A stretch of DNA of 64,000 nucleotides from positions 117,512 through 181,511 of the forward strand of contig NIVC01002022.1 of NCBI GenBank assembly GCA_002269645.1, given 5' to 3'. Positions 60,201 to 64,000 of the stretch are shown piece after piece. Numbering within the stretch: position 1 is the stretch's first letter; each line of letters opens with the position of its first letter. The stretch comes from Macrostomum lignano. Its lineage: Eukaryota. The notes under the pieces are model-generated. The model saw nothing but the letters and a program-made list of their open reading frames with translations, was not told where the DNA came from and did no database searches. Both the position numbers and the translations under genes were made by a program.

Positions 60201-61484
60201 CACAGCAGGTGTTGGCAGCTGCTGAAACTTCGCCACACAGCACAACTATTGTTTTAAGGAGCGGGCGTCTCGTTTGGAGGATTGGGGGTTGCCCAGAATT
60301 TCAACTTACGCTGGCCACGCGCTCAATTGCGCCATTAACTACCACCTGCCACGCAGATCCCTAAGGAGCAGGCAATTGCAGGTTTCGGACAAAATTGCAT
60401 GGAAATAGGGGTTCGGGAGCACCGGAATGCATGATGCGGACAAAACTACGTGCAAAAAGAATTCGAATTTCTCGATTGATATTTGATATGCTGAAAAACT
60501 ACTAGTAGTATTATACACCGTGTTTAAATTCTGATTCGTCAAAACACACAACAGGTGAGAATTATATACAAATTGCTCACAATACTGTTACACTTTCCCT
60601 ATGACTTACAAACAGCTCAAGAAATAAAACCAGGAGCCCAGGAGCCTTGCCCTGATCGTACACGTTATTTTTACTAAGCTAAATTAATTTCCAAAGGGAT
60701 TAGCTCATAAATATTCAGAGAACTGGTTTCCTATCTTATCTTACTAGTCTATCCTGCTAGTCTATACTCAACAAAATTACAAAAAAATTGAGAGGACTGT
60801 GTCTGTTGGAGTGCTCGTTAATTTGCTCGATAACTTCTCTGAGCAACTGGCTGGTTCAAACTTGACCGGGTAAGCTCTGAGCGGTGTACAAACTCGCGGC
60901 AATGTTATTATATTTCATCTGGGATCTTCGAATATGTTTTAACAGAGTGAGACATCTGAGACTTCCACCACGATCGGAGGTGAAATTCAGTTTTTGAAAG
61001 GCAGAGAAGAGACCGTTGGTACATTCTAACTCCCTCAGTGTGTATTGGATGGAGGGTGCTGCGTGTCAGTCAGCTACAATTGTTATTACTGAGTTTGTAT
61101 TAAAAACCACTGCACACATTGGGTAGGGTAAAAGCAAGTTAGGCAGTTGTCTAATTTATTTAATGGTCACTAGACAGAGGGTGGCAGGGTGCTCAAATTT
61201 TGATCATTGAAATTAACTTGCTTACAAGAACTTGCTAACTAACAGAGCTGATATTATCGTTTACCTCACTGATCTTACATGTAATTGACTGTTTATGAGT
61301 GCTTCTGATTTAAAGTTCAGGGTGCTTTCTCTTAATTGTTCTAGTTTCACTGATGTCTCTTTCACTTTTTAAATACATTTCACTGTTGCTACACCTTCAA
61401 GTACAAATTTTATGAAGGCTTGACATGAACGTCATCAAGGGATGCTAAACTTGAGTGTATCCCGGAAAAAGATACCATTTAATC

Positions 61485-61682
61485 TCGACACTATTACTAT
61501 AGCTGTCCCTCTATTTGGACACTATTACATGCACTTTGCTCACTAAAGCTGGCCTCTATTCGGACACTATTACATGCACTTTGCTCCACTAAAGCTGGCC
61601 CATCTATTCAGACACTATTACATGCACTTTGCTCCACTACAATTCTGGCCCTCTATTCAGACACTATTACATGCACTTTACT
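61485..61682. repeat. About 46-48-bp tandem repeat, about 4 copies (GACACTATTACATGCACTTTGCTCCACTAAAGCTGGCC...)
   Basis: Direct periodicity. Confidence 0.85.
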
Positions 61683-64000
61683 TAATATATGTTAAAGGAT
61701 AAGTACGATGAACAGGTCGTATTTAAAATTCATTCTTGGCTTTCTATTTTGCATGTGTTGTAAGAGATCTTATCTTTATTTTACACAAGAGATTTTTTCA
61801 TTCTTTTAATGTGTTTATTTTTAACAAAGCTGTAGACTGCAAAACTATAAATATTTAAAATGGTTACACAGCGAAGAGCGATAGAGAAAAGCAGAAATAT
61901 AAATGAAAAACAAAAAATCGGAAAGAGCAAAAGCAAGCAAAAATCCAAGAACTAAGTAATAAGAGAGCAAAAGTATATATTGTTTGTAGGTAAGATTTTT
62001 TACAATGTTTGCAAACACTGAAGCAAAATTTTAGTATTCAGGCAAATAAAATTTGGTATTTTTTTAGTGAGCTAAAATGAAGCGGATAATTGAAAGTTTA
62101 TGGTGAATTTGAAAAGATTCATTTGAAGGCACTAAAAATGATATGAATTCTAGACTACTACTTCTGAAGCCGGAATCTCTGGTCTCCATTTTTGCGACTT
62201 TGTAGTCTCGCTGCCGCAGCAACTTGAGTGCCTTCTCCACGATGCGGTATTTGTTGACCCAACTCTACTGGGCTTTTCCCAAGAAATTGCACGTGGATGC
62301 TAGTTGCTGCTTGCGGCGGTCATCGGCGCTGGCCATTGGTTTTTTTGCCGCCGTCTTTGCTGTGGCACGGTTCTGGCAGCTGCGGCTCGTGGCTTTTTGC
62401 CGGCTTTAGACGTGGCCTGAGAAATAGGAAGATTGTTTTGCGGAAGTTATAGAATAAAGCCTGGTTGTAACGGTAAAAATGACGGCTAGATATTTAAATT
62501 CCGATTTATTGTTAATAGTTAGATTATTAAATACAAATTTTTAAAAGTATTATACGTACATTATGTAACTATATTCTACGTAAAACTATTATTAGTACCA
62601 TATTATTATATCATTATATCCCGAAGAGTCTTAAAAAATTCTAAAACTGAAAAACTTACTCTTTTAATAGGCGGCCGAAATGATTTTATCAACGATACGG
62701 GCCCGGCACGCGATATGCCTCCGTGTGCACTGGTAGTGTGCCATGGCGACCTCGGTGCTGTGGTTCAGGCGGTCACCAAGTTTCAGGCTTTCAGGTTTTC
62801 AGGTCGAGTTTTCAGGTCGTGTCTTCCAGTAGACCCTATATTTTTTAATTTTTTCAATAATTAATCTCATAAACTGTCGCCTTTTTTCTTCAAGATAAAT
62901 AAGTAACCTGATAACTGATTGAATTGCTGAATGAGTGAACAGTGACTGGGAAAGTGAATGCATTGCTGAAGCCGTGAAGTTTTTCTGTCGTTACAATTTC
63001 GAAATAACGTGACTCAATTAGGTTTGTTACCATTTAGAACAGTTTGTTTGCATCAAAGATGAACGATTTTTTTATTATTAGTTCGGTTGATGACGGTGTA
63101 CACGGCTTGAGGTAAAGACAGTGGCCTAAATAAAAGTCAGTGGAAGATGGCGACAGGGGCTAATCGGTTTTCTGGTCGTTCCTAATGTAAGTTCAGCACT
63201 TGTAATAAAGTTCAGCCTTTAGCGTTGCCCTTGCCAAAACTGAGACACATTCCGATGGCCAGGTAGGTCATTGTGCCCACTTTGTCATTGTCTCGCTGCT
63301 TTCAGGCTGTCCTCCTTCATCTTAATAATGGCCAGGATCTGCTCGTCAGAAAGCACTCGCTCGTTGTTCCGGTCCTGTAAAATTTGTGATTCGTTTATTG
63401 ATTAACTAATTTTTGTCTATCAAAAGCACAAGTTTTACGCTGTAATACAAGTTTACGCTACATCTACCGTTAAAAACTATTTAGTGGATATTGTGACGAT
63501 GTCACTTTCATACTTTTTTCCTATTCTGCGTCGTACGTGTAAGTATACAGTATATAATCTCTTTCTACATGTACATTACACTTAAATTTAACCTTCTTAT
63601 TTAATTTATTAGCGATGACGTATTTTTTGTTATACCGTATAATTCATAGAATAGTTAGCAGTATATAAAACGTATTAAATCTTTTTCTTGCTCTCGCTCA
63701 AGCCTTCCTCGATCCACACGTCTCATTACAATACTACTAGTACTCGCTACGCTCGTTGCTATCTATAGTATCAGACATACGAGGTTGTTATATTGTGAAT
63801 TGATTAAAATAAACTCTCGACATCCGACGCCACATCGATTAGTATCGTCCATATTACTAATCGATCTAAATTCGTCAATATAGATTCTCGGGACGAATCG
63901 TAGCTCGTATATTACCATAAGTAATAAATGAACGAAACTTTCATAATTAAATCAAGCACGTAATAAAACTATATTTTCATTTACATGCTAATTTCGATAT

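Noticed and set aside
60790-60985. Two tiny plus-strand exon candidates with GT donors
   Set aside because: Too short to assign, with no start codon or homology.
62150-63374. Exon-like minus-strand segments (DRNNERVLSDEQILAIIKMKED at 63374; Lys/Ala-rich at 62416)
   Set aside because: They contain internal stops and no recognisable domain. Possibly a decayed transposase C-terminus, but unsupported.

Overview
Animal (eukaryotic) genomic DNA, very rich in minisatellites. The intron style and repeat load resemble a flatworm such as Macrostomum, but that is an inference. No rRNA, tRNA or true CRISPR array was seen. From left to right: (1) an 8-exon divergent beta-catenin/armadillo paralogue (1098-8107) with minisatellites in several introns and a 5'-inverted RTE-like LINE fragment; (2) a 3-exon signal peptide-CUB-C-type lectin-TM receptor gene (11635-14411) and a broken, chimeric partial copy (15738-16799); (3) a complete but frameshifted Mag-like Ty3/gypsy element with LTRs and a 5-bp TSD (16882-21153); (4) two copies of a cassette made of a stand-alone EEP/DNase I-fold ORF with an intron-free CDS, a predicted 5'UTR intron and several tandem arrays (about 23500-28430 and 35280-58700). 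In copy B a 43-bp unit is expanded from about 5 to about 335 copies (14.4 kb), and a full-length I-group (R1/LOA-like) LINE is inserted with a 14-bp TSD; (5) a decayed Polinton/Maverick-type adenain protease gene (about 59060-59450). The EEP cassette is the best candidate for an undescribed system. Most long ORFs in the supplied track are artefacts of stop-free repeats.
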